From: Octopus sinensis
Lineage: Eukaryota
Assembly: GCF_006345805.1 (NCBI RefSeq)
Contig: NC_043009.1
Coordinates: forward strand, 9,920,001-9,984,000
DNA length: 64,000 bases
Reading direction: 5' to 3'
This document shows, piece after piece, positions 63,090-64,000 of the stretch. The position numbers and the translations under genes were made by a program. Position 1 is the stretch's first letter. The number at the start of each line of letters is the position of its first letter. The notes beneath the pieces were generated by a model. The model had not been told where the DNA came from and did no database searches. It saw only the letters and a list, made by a program, of their open reading frames with translations.

Positions 63090-63135
63090 TGTGATTGGAC
63101 AATTGCGATTATGCTACGCAGCATTTGATTGGTTG
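63090..63135. promoter_or_regulatory. Two reverse CCAAT boxes upstream of the candidate exon
   Basis: GATTGG twice, in unique non-repeat sequence about 140-180 bp upstream of 63270. Confidence 0.2.
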
Positions 63136-63269
63136 ATTTTAACGTCTCTCATTTATAATTGCATTATATCTTTTATGGTTAGTGTGTGTGTGTGTAAACT
63201 GCTATTAATAGTGTAGGTGTATAGCGTAGTTCTCTGTGTGTGTTTATGTGTATGTTTCTGTATGTGTAG

Positions 63270-63401
63270 GTGCTCCCACTGCGTAATCGCTGTTGCCGCA
63301 CTTGTTTATGTCGCTGCTCTGATCAAGTCGGTATTTCACTTGGCCAGTCTTCTTTTATTTTTTACACCATGGCTAGCGGCTACTCGTGGGTTTACTTTGA
63401 G
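63270..63401 (+). CDS. Candidate host-gene exon carrying a start codon (MASGYSWVYFE), gene unidentified
   Basis: TTTCTGTATGTGTAG acceptor; ACACCATGG Kozak-like ATG at 63369; GAG|GTAAAG donor at 63402; 132 nt, open throughout in the ATG frame. Confidence 0.5.
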
Positions 63402-64000
63402 GTAAAGTGCTCTACCGTTATAACTGATTATTAATTTACAATTATTATTAATAATAATGATAATACATCTATTCTTTTCTCTACACGTCTGACACTTTCT
63501 CATTTCCAGTTGTCAAAATCTATTAAAAAAAGAAAAAAGATAAATCATAAAATAGCATTGAGGAAAAAATACGCACATTTTAACATTCTCTTTCGTTTTT
63601 ATCTTCAAAAGAAAATCTTATTAAATATCCACAATGTTCACACGGAAAGAAAATTGTTGAAATATACATTTTAAATTGCTTTTAAGAAAATCTCGATTGT
63701 TGCAACTCTCTTATTTTCGACCTGCTTACTCATGTGTGGTGAAGTTTGGTTTCGCTTCTTCACGGTTGCTCGGTTCAATGGCTCTATTGTTAGTCCAATT
63801 ACTTGTTGGTGATCGGGAGTATCATTGTCCATTTGTACATAAAAGAAAAAAATCTAATGTCTAGTGGTACGAAATCGTTATCCTGTGTTAAAGCTTGGTG
63901 TTGTGTGTGTGTGTGTGTCTATGGAGCATCTCAATTAATCTTTTATCTGTCTTAACCCTTCATTTACTGCAAGAAACTATTCTTGATAGCAGGTTTAAGT

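Overview
AT-rich, microsatellite-rich animal genomic DNA, most likely octopus (inferred from the SINE families and repeat style). It contains no complete host gene, rRNA, true tRNA or CRISPR array, and is almost entirely a mosaic of mobile elements. Retroelements: three tRNA-derived SINE families (about 35 full or partial copies), three CR1/L2-group LINE copies, decayed RTE fragments, a very young Ty3/Gypsy (Mag-like) LTR element whose gag is fused in frame to integrase, and Penelope-type remnants with minimal hammerhead ribozyme motifs. DNA elements: a fossil Helitron Rep/helicase, two non-autonomous Helitrons, decayed mariner, maT and hAT transposases, and several MITE/foldback families including GG-ended MITEs with 8-bp TSDs. 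The best host-gene candidates are a plus-strand exon with an ATG at 63270-63401 and a CpG-rich island at about 16262-16380. Boundaries of decayed repeats are approximate. All comparisons were made by eye, and no database search was run.
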